From the IMG/VR virus record IMGVR_UViG_3300032313_001035: a stretch of DNA of 64,000 nt. One strand, given 5' to 3'. Below the pieces are notes generated by a model. The model saw only the letters and a program-made list of their open reading frames with translations. It did not search any database and was not told where the DNA came from. The stretch comes from a virus. Made by a program: the position numbers and the translations under genes. Positions 48,250 to 58,690 of this stretch are shown piece by piece (the stretch's first letter is position 1; every line of letters starts with the position of its first letter).

Positions 48250-48983
48250 TTTGCGTAGTTAATATTTCTTCCCCACGTTGATGTGAAATCTTGATCCAAT
48301 GTTTCTAAATATGTGTTTAACTTTTCATAATCTTTTTCTATTTCTTCAGCCCATCCTTCCTTGGATGTGCCTACTCCTAATCTACCTTCAGTATAGGTAT
48401 TATCATGATTATTTCCTGTTAAATCGTGCCTATCATGTTGTATACTAATTTCTCCAACATTATGTAATAATCCCAATCTCTTACTCAAGATGTCAATCCA
48501 TGAATCGGCTGCTTGAACATATGATAATCTACCTGTCAGATCGAACCATTTACAGGGTATTATTGGGAATAACACTCCCTGCGTGTTCCAGTAACGTTCC
48601 ATATTACTAACTTTAGGACTTATCACACAAAATTTTTCATGTTCCTTAATTATAATATCATCCCACCCACTGCTCTCCATAATAGCATCATCATTCCACA
48701 AAAATAAAGAATTTCCAATCGATTTTTCCGACAGATCGTTATAATAATTGTTAAGATTTAAATAATGATGTCTTTCGCATAAAAATAACCGTATATTATT
48801 TTTAGATTTGATATATTCTTCCGTATCACGAACGGTCTCTATATCATCGTTATCCATTGCAAGTAATATCTCAAAATTATTTACATCATTAGAAGTATCT
48901 ATTAGTGATTCCACGGATTTTTTAAATGCCGCGAATCTACCTCTTGTTGGTAACAACACACTGATTTTAATTCCGTTATTCAT
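48246..48983 (-). CDS. GT2/GT-A glycosyltransferase
   Basis: SVLLPTRGR, WNDD. Confidence 0.8.
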   Translation of the reverse strand: MNNGIKISVLLPTRGRFAAFKKSVESLIDTSNDVNNFEILLAMDNDDIETVRDTEEYIKSKNNIRLFLCERHHYLNLNNYYNDLSEKSIGNSLFLWNDDAIMESSGWDDIIIKEHEKFCVISPKVSNMERYWNTQGVLFPIIPCKWFDLTGRLSYVQAADSWIDILSKRLGLLHNVGEISIQHDRHDLTGNNHDNTYTEGRLGVGTSKEGWAEEIEKDYEKLNTYLETLDQDFTSTWGRNINYAK

Positions 48984-48984
48984 T

Positions 48985-50199
48985 TTAAATTATTTCAAAT
49001 TTGGGACACGGCACAATAAATTTACCACCTTTATTAACAAATTCTTTTTCCCTTTCAACAAATTCATTTATAAAATGCCAAGGTAATACTAGTAAGAAAT
49101 CTGGATTTGCTTTTCTCATTTCGTCTTCGGAATATATGGGAATATTTGTTCCCACGGTATATAATCCCCACTTATCACGATTTCTTTCAGCGATTCCATC
49201 GATCATTGTATTATCAAGTCCGAAATATTGTAATAAAGTATTACCTTTAGTGGACGCACCATATCCCCATATAGTCTTACCTTTGGCTTTCTGTTCCGTG
49301 ATAAATGAAACAGTTTTCATTTTCAATTCATTTATACGTTTGTAAAAATTAATCCAAATGTCAACTTTATCCAACTCTAAAGATTTTTCATAAGCTAATA
49401 TAGAATTCACCCTATATTTGGCAACATCTCTATACGGTTGAGTGCCAAAAGTTCTCAAGTCGGCATCATCTTTCATCACATAAATTCTGAAAGATCCTCC
49501 ATTGACATCGTTTAATTGACAATCAACTACTTGAAATCCATTTTTCTCTAAAATATTCTTGATATTGAATAGTGAGTAGTAATGCATATGTTCGTGACAT
49601 ATATTATCAAAAGCTAATTGCTCGATCATTAATGGGGTGTAACTCATCTGTAACACCCACAGACCGTCATCCTCTATTATATCATAGACATCTTTAATGA
49701 ATGGTGTCGGATTTTCCAAATCGTAAAACATTGCGATTGTAGTCACAACTTTAGCCTTCAAATGTCCAAATTTACTTTTCTTGAGTAATGATGCATTGAA
49801 GTAATCTTGTATAATCAAATCCGCATGTTTTTCAGATTCTTTTTTATATGTATCATCTACTGGATCGATACCAATCCTAATTAAATTTTTAGGTAGGTAA
49901 CTGAGCAATGTTCCATCATTACATGCAATATCAACCCACATATCATTTTCTTTGAGTTTTGTGACATCATGTATAGAGTTTACGATTCCCTCCAACTCTC
50001 TTTTCATTGTATGATTTATACCTGAACGATACCAATACTTGCCAAACATATCACCTAGTGGCGTTTGTTTTTGTAATCTAACAGCGCCAGTCTCTTCATC
50101 TAGCATCATTTTTAATTCTACCTTTCCGCCTCTAGATTCCGCTCCCTTGATTAAAAAATCTGAAACGTGTAGTTCGCCTAATGTGAATAATTCTTTCAT
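48985..50199 (-). CDS. NDP-sugar C-methyltransferase-like SAM enzyme
   Basis: DIACNDGTLL, FDNICHEH, GYGASTKGNTLL, LPWHF. Confidence 0.85.
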   Translation of the reverse strand: MKELFTLGELHVSDFLIKGAESRGGKVELKMMLDEETGAVRLQKQTPLGDMFGKYWYRSGINHTMKRELEGIVNSIHDVTKLKENDMWVDIACNDGTLLSYLPKNLIRIGIDPVDDTYKKESEKHADLIIQDYFNASLLKKSKFGHLKAKVVTTIAMFYDLENPTPFIKDVYDIIEDDGLWVLQMSYTPLMIEQLAFDNICHEHMHYYSLFNIKNILEKNGFQVVDCQLNDVNGGSFRIYVMKDDADLRTFGTQPYRDVAKYRVNSILAYEKSLELDKVDIWINFYKRINELKMKTVSFITEQKAKGKTIWGYGASTKGNTLLQYFGLDNTMIDGIAERNRDKWGLYTVGTNIPIYSEDEMRKANPDFLLVLPWHFINEFVEREKEFVNKGGKFIVPCPKFEII

Positions 50200-51098
50200 A
50201 ATCTAATTGTATCGTAATTTTCAATAAAATGTTTTATAGTTTCTTCTAAACCAACTCGTAATGTAGTAAATTCGTAATCTCCTATTATAGATTTTAAATA
50301 TGAATTATCAGATGGTTTCCTGAATTGTCCATCAGGTTTAGAGGTGTCGAATATTACATCATTTTTAAAATCCATAATATCGCATATCATTTCTACAACT
50401 TCTCTAATAGAAACTTCATTAGAAGTTGATAATATAATTGGAGATGTTCCGTCATATTTATCCATCAATAATTTTATTATATTTGCAACGTCTTTCGCAT
50501 AAATAAATTCTCTTAATGCATTACCACTTCCCCAAACATGTAAATTGGTATTATTTAGTTTAGCCAAATAAACCTTATGTATTAAAGCGGGTATGACATG
50601 AGTATTTTCTAAATTATAATTATCATTAAGCCCATACATATTACATGGTATAACGGCAAAATATTTCGTGCCATATTGTTGATTATACGCTCTAAGTTGC
50701 ACATCTACCATTCTCTTAGAGTAACCATATCCATAATTAGTTTCATGCGGTGGACCTAGATGGATCTTATCTTCTGTTAATGGATATTCAACGTCTGCGG
50801 GGAACACACATGTAGAGAGAAATACTACTAGTTTTTCGACATTATTTATTCTACACGATTCGATAATGTTAGTATTGATCATCAAATTATCGTAGAAATA
50901 TTCTCCCATAGCTGACATATTACCACCTATACCACCAACTTTAGCAGCACAATGTATAACATGTGTTGGCTTATAAGTTTCAATCAATCTATTCGATTCT
51001 TCAGGTATTCTTAAATCAAATTCTCTACCAACTTTAACATCAGCTTCTATCACAGACCCTACCAATCCATGTCCTCCAGTGACTAATACTTTATCCAT
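50196..51098 (-). CDS. fcl: GDP-L-fucose synthase
   Basis: GGHGLVG, HCAAKVGGI, STCVFP, YGYSKR, HVIPALI, KPDGQ.RK. Confidence 0.92.
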   Translation of the reverse strand: MDKVLVTGGHGLVGSVIEADVKVGREFDLRIPEESNRLIETYKPTHVIHCAAKVGGIGGNMSAMGEYFYDNLMINTNIIESCRINNVEKLVVFLSTCVFPADVEYPLTEDKIHLGPPHETNYGYGYSKRMVDVQLRAYNQQYGTKYFAVIPCNMYGLNDNYNLENTHVIPALIHKVYLAKLNNTNLHVWGSGNALREFIYAKDVANIIKLLMDKYDGTSPIILSTSNEVSIREVVEMICDIMDFKNDVIFDTSKPDGQFRKPSDNSYLKSIIGDYEFTTLRVGLEETIKHFIENYDTIRL

Positions 51099-51981
51099 AA
51101 ATTCCTGTTCTTTTTTTATATTCATCATGTTCAGCGACACACTCTTCCCACGAGAATAAGTTCCCTTCTCGATCTAAATAATTGTGATTTCTAAAAATAT
51201 TATACCCACATGACCAATAACCATTAGAGATATTGTAACGACCCCAATATTTAGGTGCTAGTATATATTTCACGGTGTCACTTAGCAAAGTGGCAAAATA
51301 TGGGAAACTAGAATTTGATAAAATCAAATAATGGGCATTTTTAATAATGGTAAAATCGGTTGCAATATCGAAATGATTCACTTCAAAATCGGGAAATTGT
51401 CCTCTTGCTCGTTCCACATCATCAGTTATAACTACAAATCTAAAATTCGGGTTAATTTTTCTCATTCTGCCAATTGCATCGTCCCAATACTTCCCATTCA
51501 AATGAAAATGAATAACACCTGCATATTCACCACCGCGATAATTAATGATGCAAATATTCGGATCAGAATAATCATAGCAATCTTTTTCTGGTTTGATTTT
51601 TAACCATTGTCTAATTTCATCTTTACGATGAATAATGCGATCTTCTGATTGGAATAGTCCGTCAAGTTTGGTATTATCTTGAATCAATTCTAAATCTGGA
51701 TCATCGATTGTTACATTGGAACCGTTGGGAAGATACCACCATTTTTCTTTAAAATAGTTTGTAATCCCATTAGGAAGTGCGTGTGGTGGTCCACCTTCTG
51801 GTCCAGAACCTCCATCGACGGGTAATCCAAAATCTAAATCCATAAAATCCAAACATTTGAATTTATGAGGATTCATAATCCCAAAATCAAATCCTTTATC
51901 CTTGGCAACTACTCTCGTTGTTACATAACAAGCTAGTTGATTACCTAATCCCTGTCCATTGTAAATTTCAGTTACTATCAT
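51091..51981 (-). CDS. GT11-like glycosyltransferase
   Basis: GQGLGNQ, RGGEY, SNSSF. Confidence 0.8.
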   Translation of the reverse strand: MIVTEIYNGQGLGNQLACYVTTRVVAKDKGFDFGIMNPHKFKCLDFMDLDFGLPVDGGSGPEGGPPHALPNGITNYFKEKWWYLPNGSNVTIDDPDLELIQDNTKLDGLFQSEDRIIHRKDEIRQWLKIKPEKDCYDYSDPNICIINYRGGEYAGVIHFHLNGKYWDDAIGRMRKINPNFRFVVITDDVERARGQFPDFEVNHFDIATDFTIIKNAHYLILSNSSFPYFATLLSDTVKYILAPKYWGRYNISNGYWSCGYNIFRNHNYLDREGNLFSWEECVAEHDEYKKRTGIYG

Positions 51982-52037
51982 ATTTTTATTTGTGAATTTT
52001 ATTTATTAATCCAATATTTCCTGTTAATTTATTATAA

Positions 52038-52739
52038 TCATTTATTATATTTTGATTTAATATAAAGGTGTTCATTGTCAATCATACAACTGGTAGTAGA
52101 TTGAGTCGTTTGACCATCCCAAGTCCTCACTACTCCCAAAGGAATGTCGCTTCCTAGAATAGTCGGCGGCCCATATTTTTCAACCATTCTATGATAGAAT
52201 TCTGTATCCATCATATATGAAAGTTTCTCATCGAAAAAATTATCATCATTAATAAAATATATCACACTTGGTGGTCCCAACGAGTTAATTCCGTCAATAA
52301 AATCACTATTGGTATATGGAGTTCTTTGATTATAATATGTATTCGTATCACCATTTAAATGTGTGTATTCGTAAGCATACCAAGGATCAACTAAATTATT
52401 TAAAATGTGTTCCAATGATTTTGCACAATAAAAAAGATCATCTTGAAACAATGGTTTGATATATTTTCCAGAGCTATGTTTGATGCAGTTATTTAAATTT
52501 GCTGACATTGATCCACGCCCGTATGAATTTTTCAAAAATTTAATATTAAGATCTTTAAAATTATTACAACATTTCTCAATTTCATCATCAAGAGAATGGT
52601 CGGATACTACGATTTCAACATTAGATAAATCACATTCCTGTGCTCTTATGATTGATAACGATTCGCTTAAATATTTCGCCCCAACCCCACTCATTTCATA
52701 GCAAGGAATACATAATGATATTTCTGGTCTATTCATCAT
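52038..52739 (-). CDS. GT2 glycosyltransferase
   Basis: SLCIPCY, VSDHS, LFQDD. Confidence 0.85.
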   Translation of the reverse strand: MMNRPEISLCIPCYEMSGVGAKYLSESLSIIRAQECDLSNVEIVVSDHSLDDEIEKCCNNFKDLNIKFLKNSYGRGSMSANLNNCIKHSSGKYIKPLFQDDLFYCAKSLEHILNNLVDPWYAYEYTHLNGDTNTYYNQRTPYTNSDFIDGINSLGPPSVIYFINDDNFFDEKLSYMMDTEFYHRMVEKYGPPTILGSDIPLGVVRTWDGQTTQSTTSCMIDNEHLYIKSKYNK

Positions 52740-52761
52740 ATTTTTTTAATTATATTTTATG

Positions 52762-53379
52762 TCACTTCAACCAAGTATAGTCACATTCAGATTCGTCAAT
52801 ATCACTGTAATCTTCTTTTTGCCAAGTGATAGATTTATCACCATTCTTAATCACATAAGATGGTAAAAGTCTATGTAATTGGGCGTAGTATATATCAATA
52901 GGGTATTGGGGTTCTCTGATAAATTCTAATATTGTGGGTATAATCTCTGTTCTCAACCCATAAGCGTGGGTAGCCAAAGAGCTCACCATTCGATAAATGT
53001 TATCATTGATTTTTGACAAGCCGTTCAGGTGATTACCACCCAAATATAAAAATTTCCAATCATTTGGCACGTTATCGACATTATCGGCAAAAAATTTATC
53101 CAATCCATTTTCAAATACGACATCATCTTCAAGAATCAAAATTTTATCATATTTGTTGTTGATAGCATCAATCATTATAGCACGGTGGCTTGACATACAA
53201 GCTAATTGACCGCTGGTGATTGCGCCATTGCCACTGATATCATTTTTATCAATAGCAGTGAATCGCTGCACATTTAATCCTTCTCTAGCAAACAGATCAG
53301 CACAATGCTTCCATCTGTCAGGTCGTCGATCTAAATTTATACAATAAATTTTATCAAAATATTCATTCAATCTTCCCAT
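52762..53379 (-). CDS. GT25 glycosyltransferase
   Basis: INLDRRPDRW, CMSSH, ILEDD, LYLG. Confidence 0.9.
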   Translation of the reverse strand: MGRLNEYFDKIYCINLDRRPDRWKHCADLFAREGLNVQRFTAIDKNDISGNGAITSGQLACMSSHRAIMIDAINNKYDKILILEDDVVFENGLDKFFADNVDNVPNDWKFLYLGGNHLNGLSKINDNIYRMVSSLATHAYGLRTEIIPTILEFIREPQYPIDIYYAQLHRLLPSYVIKNGDKSITWQKEDYSDIDESECDYTWLK

Positions 53380-54092
53380 AAATTAGTAGTATCCCTATCG
53401 TATTGTTCTTTTATTTGTAAACCATATTTATATAGTGCATGATTATTATGCGTCCCTCCAACATCAATATTAGTATCAACATCATTAGGATTATACTTCT
53501 GTACTCTCCATGACATACCTTCGTAATGTTTGAAATATTTATTTTCAGCATTGAAATTTGCAATCGATAAATTTGCATTCAAAACATCTTCAAACATTGT
53601 AGAACCAACATCATAAATTCGATCACTATTTCGACTATTCACGGTTCTTTCAGCATCAAAAAATTTTATGTTGTTATCAACAAGATGTCGTCTATTGATA
53701 AAACAAAACCAAGGATCGACTCTTGGATACAACGCTTTACCCCCTCGATCACCGCTTATATTTCCCAGCAAAGTGAAATCGCCTTCTTTAAATTTTTGAT
53801 ATATTGGTGCAATGTCTTTGTAGAAGATCACATCCGAATCAATTAACAAAATGTGGTCATTTTTAATCGAATTCAATGCGTGATTAACAGCTTCGCCATG
53901 CGAATAATTCGGTAGATCTTCTATCACAACATCCAATGGTAAATGATGACACAATTGATTACTTGTTGGTGATGTGTCCATCACATAATAACGATCAATA
54001 AGACATGTTGAGCTTCTATTTAAAGACCTCAACATATTCTTAGTAATTACGGGAGTATCATAATTACATGTTAATATTGATAATCCGCTCAT
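53367..54092 (-). CDS. GT2/GT-A glycosyltransferase
   Basis: HGEAVN, LIDSD. Confidence 0.75.
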   Translation of the reverse strand: MSGLSILTCNYDTPVITKNMLRSLNRSSTCLIDRYYVMDTSPTSNQLCHHLPLDVVIEDLPNYSHGEAVNHALNSIKNDHILLIDSDVIFYKDIAPIYQKFKEGDFTLLGNISGDRGGKALYPRVDPWFCFINRRHLVDNNIKFFDAERTVNSRNSDRIYDVGSTMFEDVLNANLSIANFNAENKYFKHYEGMSWRVQKYNPNDVDTNIDVGGTHNNHALYKYGLQIKEQYDRDTTNLWED

Positions 54093-54892
54093 ACTACATC
54101 GACTTTGGGTCGCAATTTCTTCAAAGATTGTATTACAGTATTATAATCTGATTGTGGTATTTGTAGTGGCAACATACCGTGCTTTGCAAGAAAAACAGTG
54201 TCTGCCCTATTAACAATTTCATTATGTTTTGGGGACGATGAAATTGTGGATTGGTATATACTCCATTCTTCATCACCTAGATATTCCCAAGAATTTGCAA
54301 TATCTGCAAAATTCCAAAAAGGAGGGTGTATATCAGACTTGATTATACGATACGTATGTTCAACATGTTCACACGCATTGTAGAAATCTTCATCCAAAAG
54401 ACCAACCATTTCTAGACACTTTTTAGAATAATAAGAAAAAGCACCTACACAATGTTGATACAAACTAATACCAACATCATCGTATTGGATGGTTATTTTT
54501 GGGTTAGCTTCTCTAGTATGGGGATTTTTGTTCATTACTCCGTGTTGAGAATAATTAAAATGTTGAATACCACTCTTTTTAGATGCTTTGATATAAGCGT
54601 CAAAAACATTTTTATCTTTGATGTAAATGTCATCTTCAATCAAAAAGATATGCTCGCAGCCTGAATCCAAAAGATGTTTGAGAGCAATATTTTTAGAAAC
54701 ACCGACACCAACATTACGTTCATTTTTAATAACGTATGTATTCCAACCATCTACATCAACATCGTCACCATCATTAATAACGACTAATTTAGACCAATCA
54801 CAATCGCCAACACTATCTAGCAATTTTTTTAATTGCTTTGGTCTATTGTAAGTGACAACACCTATTCCAATTTTACCCTCTTTCATTTTCAA
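54089..54892 (-). CDS. GT2 glycosyltransferase
   Basis: VVTYNR, INDG, LIEDD, GLLDE. Confidence 0.85.
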   Translation of the reverse strand: MKMKEGKIGIGVVTYNRPKQLKKLLDSVGDCDWSKLVVINDGDDVDVDGWNTYVIKNERNVGVGVSKNIALKHLLDSGCEHIFLIEDDIYIKDKNVFDAYIKASKKSGIQHFNYSQHGVMNKNPHTREANPKITIQYDDVGISLYQHCVGAFSYYSKKCLEMVGLLDEDFYNACEHVEHTYRIIKSDIHPPFWNFADIANSWEYLGDEEWSIYQSTISSSPKHNEIVNRADTVFLAKHGMLPLQIPQSDYNTVIQSLKKLRPKVDVV

Positions 54893-55626
54893 TATTTTAA
54901 ATTTTTAATATCGTTAGTAACTTTTTTAAATTGATTATCTTTATCGTTCCATTGCCCTTGTTCTTTAAGCATTTGCTCCATAAGTTCCAAGTTTTTGGGA
55001 TCTAGAACACTACTTTCAGTTTCAATCAAATTGCCGTTTCTGTCGATGAATTCTCCGATCCAAGCAATTCTATCATCAATCGATGGAATATTTTCAATCG
55101 GGATAATAGCAGGGCAATTATCAGCAATAAAAAATGGAGTATTTTCCAAATGATTGGAATATTGCTCATATAGACCAGCAAAAATATCATCGATTTCTCG
55201 GATATAATTCAAATTAGTATCACGCAATCCATCATCTACAATTTTAATAGTTGGATCATATTTGATCCAAAATATGATGTCCAAATGTTTTAAAGAACGA
55301 CGAACAACATCTACAGTGACCCCCAAAATATCTTCACTGATCAAATCTTTTTCAGCGGCATGTAATGTATATGCCATATTATCCAATGGGCAACGATCAT
55401 AGACGACATATTTTTCATCTTTATTAGCGTCCATTACTTGAGTCATCCAATCCAAAATGGTAAGCTGTGTTTCAGCGTTTGTTTTGGATGAATGTTGTAA
55501 TCCTTTTTCCTTGAGAATATCACGATAAGTGATCTGAGGCGTTTTATACATCGACCACTTACGTAAAAAGGATTTTATCAATGTTGATTTTCCAACATTT
55601 CCACTACCGCTGAATGCAATTCTCAT
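54889..55626 (-). CDS. P-loop nucleotide kinase-like (AAA_28 type)
   Basis: IAFSGSGNVGKST, DRCPLD, DDGLR. Confidence 0.75.
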   Translation of the reverse strand: MRIAFSGSGNVGKSTLIKSFLRKWSMYKTPQITYRDILKEKGLQHSSKTNAETQLTILDWMTQVMDANKDEKYVVYDRCPLDNMAYTLHAAEKDLISEDILGVTVDVVRRSLKHLDIIFWIKYDPTIKIVDDGLRDTNLNYIREIDDIFAGLYEQYSNHLENTPFFIADNCPAIIPIENIPSIDDRIAWIGEFIDRNGNLIETESSVLDPKNLELMEQMLKEQGQWNDKDNQFKKVTNDIKNLKY

Positions 55627-55668
55627 ATAAGAGAATTTACCAAAATTTTGTCAAAAATCAAGCAATAA

Positions 55669-56415
55669 TTATTGCAAATTCTTAAATTTCTTAACGATAA
55701 ATTTTAAAATTTCAGATCTTACGATATCACTTTCATCAAATTCGAACGTTACTATACCATTATCGATAGATTCTTGATCATCAAAAACGTTATATACACC
55801 TTCAAAACCACTGAATTTAATATCTGGTTGCATGCGGTCTCCTGCCAATATCAATTTACTATTTTCACCGATTCGACTCATTACCGTTAGAATTTCTTTA
55901 GTTTCCATTTGTTGCGTTTCATCAACTAATACAAACATATTATCCCACGTGTGACCACGCGCATGGTTGACAGGCATAGTATCTACTATGCCAGCTTTTT
56001 TAATTTTAGGCAAGTCAGATTCTTCGACGATCTTATTAATCAGTTCGTAAGCTACAGCATTAAAAGGTTGACTCTTTTCAGCTTCAGAACCTGGTAAATA
56101 CCCCATCGATCTAGAAGCACTTTCGACCATTGCTCTGACATAGAGTAATTTATCATACAGTTTATCTTTAATCATGCTTAATCCACAATATACAGATGTC
56201 CATGATTTACCAGTTCCTGCTGGTCCTTGTATGATGACCACTTTAACATTGGGGTCTTTTATAATAGAGACCAACTTTTGTTGTTTATCGGTTAATTTGA
56301 AACCTCTTTTTTTGAATTTAAAATCTAGCTTGTTATAATTATTAATTATAGCTTCTTCAATCTCAGGGATTCTGGCTTCCTTACGCTTTTCTTTCGAAAT
56401 TTTTTTAATCGCCAT
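55669..56415 (-). CDS. phoH: PhoH-family ATPase
   Basis: GPAGTGKS, GYLPG, RGHTW, DETQ, SRIGENSK, DIVRS. Confidence 0.92.
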   Translation of the reverse strand: MAIKKISKEKRKEARIPEIEEAIINNYNKLDFKFKKRGFKLTDKQQKLVSIIKDPNVKVVIIQGPAGTGKSWTSVYCGLSMIKDKLYDKLLYVRAMVESASRSMGYLPGSEAEKSQPFNAVAYELINKIVEESDLPKIKKAGIVDTMPVNHARGHTWDNMFVLVDETQQMETKEILTVMSRIGENSKLILAGDRMQPDIKFSGFEGVYNVFDDQESIDNGIVTFEFDESDIVRSEILKFIVKKFKNLQ

Positions 56416-56466
56416 GTTAATATTACTTAGTCTAAAATTAACATTTTGCAATTGTATTGGTATTAA

Positions 56467-56655
56467 TTAAGCACCCCATGGTGTTCCATCAAGCCATGGA
56501 TGACCTTTTAGATTTTCTAAACTTGGTTTGTATTTATCAACCACAATTTCTTCAGGGGGTGTAATTACTGCGGCAGTTTCACCAGTTGGTTCTTGGTCTT
56601 CGTCTGTAACGAATTTAAAAAATTCGTCTTCGTTTACTAAAATTTCAATTTCCAT
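56467..56655 (-). CDS. Small acidic hypothetical protein
   Basis: ORF in operon; probable ATG at 56655. Confidence 0.55.
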   Translation of the reverse strand: MEIEILVNEDEFFKFVTDEDQEPTGETAAVITPPEEIVVDKYKPSLENLKGHPWLDGTPWGA

Positions 56656-56688
56656 ATCTTGATTTAATAATAAGTTGTTTAATGTCAA

Positions 56689-57351
56689 TTATGGAGTTCG
56701 TCTAGCAGCTTTTTTAGCAGCTTTCCTTGCGGTAGGTGTCGGGGTGGGTGTTGGGGTAGCAGTTTTTCTCGCAGCTTTTTTAGCAGCTTTTTTAGCAGCT
56801 TTCCTCGCAATAGGTATTGGGGTAGCAATTTTTCTCGCAGTTTTTCTTGCGGTAGGTGTTGCGGTAGGTGTTGCGGTAGGTGGTAGATAAATACCATCAT
56901 CAACATCATACATTCTTCTTCTATCTGGTCTTAAAACAAATTTAATTTGTTGTTCCACATCATCATATTGCACAATTGCTCTTGGCTCATCGAATCTTCT
57001 AATAATTATAGGTTCACCATCATCAGTAACCCCTTTTACACCAACATCTAACGCCCAGTGTGTTTTACCGCCGCCAAAATTTCTAATTTTTTTGGGTTTG
57101 GAGTTTTCGGTTGGAATGAAACCCATTTCATCGATCCAATCAAGAATAATTTCTTCCGTTGTCTTACCCGCTTGTTTTATTGCACCACTGGCAAGTTTAA
57201 TATTTTTTCTAATATTACTAACGTTTTGGTAAGTTTGAGGTAAAGCTACTTTGGATAATTCTATAGCACCTTGTAATGCTTGTTTTCCAACCTTCTTAAA
57301 TGGATCCCAAAATCCTTCATCAAGTAATTCTTTTTGTGTGTGTTTATGCAT
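56689..57351 (-). CDS. Protein with histone-H1-like basic repeat tail
   Basis: C-terminal PTATPT / ARKAAKKAAKKAARK repeats. Confidence 0.75.
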   Translation of the reverse strand: MHKHTQKELLDEGFWDPFKKVGKQALQGAIELSKVALPQTYQNVSNIRKNIKLASGAIKQAGKTTEEIILDWIDEMGFIPTENSKPKKIRNFGGGKTHWALDVGVKGVTDDGEPIIIRRFDEPRAIVQYDDVEQQIKFVLRPDRRRMYDVDDGIYLPPTATPTATPTARKTARKIATPIPIARKAAKKAAKKAARKTATPTPTPTPTARKAAKKAARRTP

Positions 57352-57802
57352 TGGCTTGTAAATTTTGGTCTGCTACGTTATTTAATGCTACATCGATAAG
57401 AGCATTGAGTTCATCTTTGATAAAACTTTTTCCTATTAAAACTTTATGATCATTGGTGGCGCGATTCCCAATAGAAAATGGGACACTTTTAAATTTTTTA
57501 CCACCAATCATACAATCAAAAAGACAAACAGGTCTTTCTACGGTATTATTTTCACCAATATTTATGGTGATCATATCTTCTACATCTTTTTCTAAACGAA
57601 TTGAGTTCACGGTAGTAAATCTTAGTATTTTTTTATGTGTATTTTTATCTTCACCCATTTCTAAATCTTCTCCATGTAAAACATTGTATGCGCCGTTACC
57701 TGTATCTAATTTAGCTGGAATATTACCGACACCATCGATGTTGATATCTTCAACCAACCCTAGAATATTCTTTTCAACGAAATATTGTTTGAAACTTATC
57801 AT
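57344..57802 (-). CDS. Retropepsin-like (RimK-associated type) protease
   Basis: PAKLDTG, ERPV, FSIGNR, VLIGK. Confidence 0.8.
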   Translation of the reverse strand: MISFKQYFVEKNILGLVEDINIDGVGNIPAKLDTGNGAYNVLHGEDLEMGEDKNTHKKILRFTTVNSIRLEKDVEDMITINIGENNTVERPVCLFDCMIGGKKFKSVPFSIGNRATNDHKVLIGKSFIKDELNALIDVALNNVADQNLQANA

Positions 57803-57805
57803 CCA

Positions 57806-58267
57806 TTAACTAAGAGGGTTAAAATCGTCTGATTGTTCAAATCCAGTATTTGCGAAATCTGCCTTAGCATCTAAACGATGCCACACATCCGATGCATATG
57901 TAGATGCGACAGTAATTGCCGAAACCATCCAGTCATCAAATTCAGTATGGGAGCATATATCATAAAGTCTTTTAGAATATTCTGCCAACTTCTTCAATTC
58001 AGATAGGAGAACTTCATTAACTTCTACACTATGGACTGGTCCCATCGGTTCAACTTCCATAACAATATTTTGCATGGATTCTGGTTCGAAATCATCATCT
58101 TCAAATTCGTCACCATATTCGTCATCGTCGCCGTATTCGTCGCCCATGTCGTCCATGTCGTCCATGTCATCGTCTTCGATCATACCATTCAGTCTTTCGT
58201 TCAAGACTTTTTTATTATCACGAAATGATTCCCAAATTAATGTGTTTTCTTCTCCTTTGAATTTCAT
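57806..58267 (-). CDS. Acidic hypothetical late protein
   Basis: TAAATA-N5-ATG; D/E-rich tract. Confidence 0.75.
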   Translation of the reverse strand: MKFKGEENTLIWESFRDNKKVLNERLNGMIEDDDMDDMDDMGDEYGDDDEYGDEFEDDDFEPESMQNIVMEVEPMGPVHSVEVNEVLLSELKKLAEYSKRLYDICSHTEFDDWMVSAITVASTYASDVWHRLDAKADFANTGFEQSDDFNPLS

Positions 58268-58275
58268 ATTATTAT

Positions 58276-58686
58276 TTAGCTCATTTGATCAGAAATGTTT
58301 CTAACTTCCTGTTCTTGTTGAGCAGGACGAATAATTGGAAGAATTTCATTTTGATATAAATCCTTTGCGGTTTTACCAGAACTTTGGATCATATCGACAG
58401 CATCAGGTCTATTAAGCATATCTAAAAAGTTTTCCAATGTAATTTTATCGTTACCTGTAGGTCTTGGCTCCATCAATGCTGCGAGTACAACATCTTGAAT
58501 ATAACGAATTTCTCCTTGTGAACTCAAAGGGATAGTATTTTGTTCTGATTCTGATGCAGCTGCTGCCATGTCAGCTTCAGGATTGGCTTGAGACGGATCA
58601 CCTTGTTCAGGTGGTAACATATCTTGCTCATCTTGTTCTACCAATCTTTGGTAATAATTCAATAATTGTAAAGTTTTAAATTTCAT
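58276..58686 (-). CDS. Hypothetical protein
   Basis: ORF in late operon. Confidence 0.7.
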   Translation of the reverse strand: MKFKTLQLLNYYQRLVEQDEQDMLPPEQGDPSQANPEADMAAAASESEQNTIPLSSQGEIRYIQDVVLAALMEPRPTGNDKITLENFLDMLNRPDAVDMIQSSGKTAKDLYQNEILPIIRPAQQEQEVRNISDQMS

Positions 58687-58690
58687 ATAA

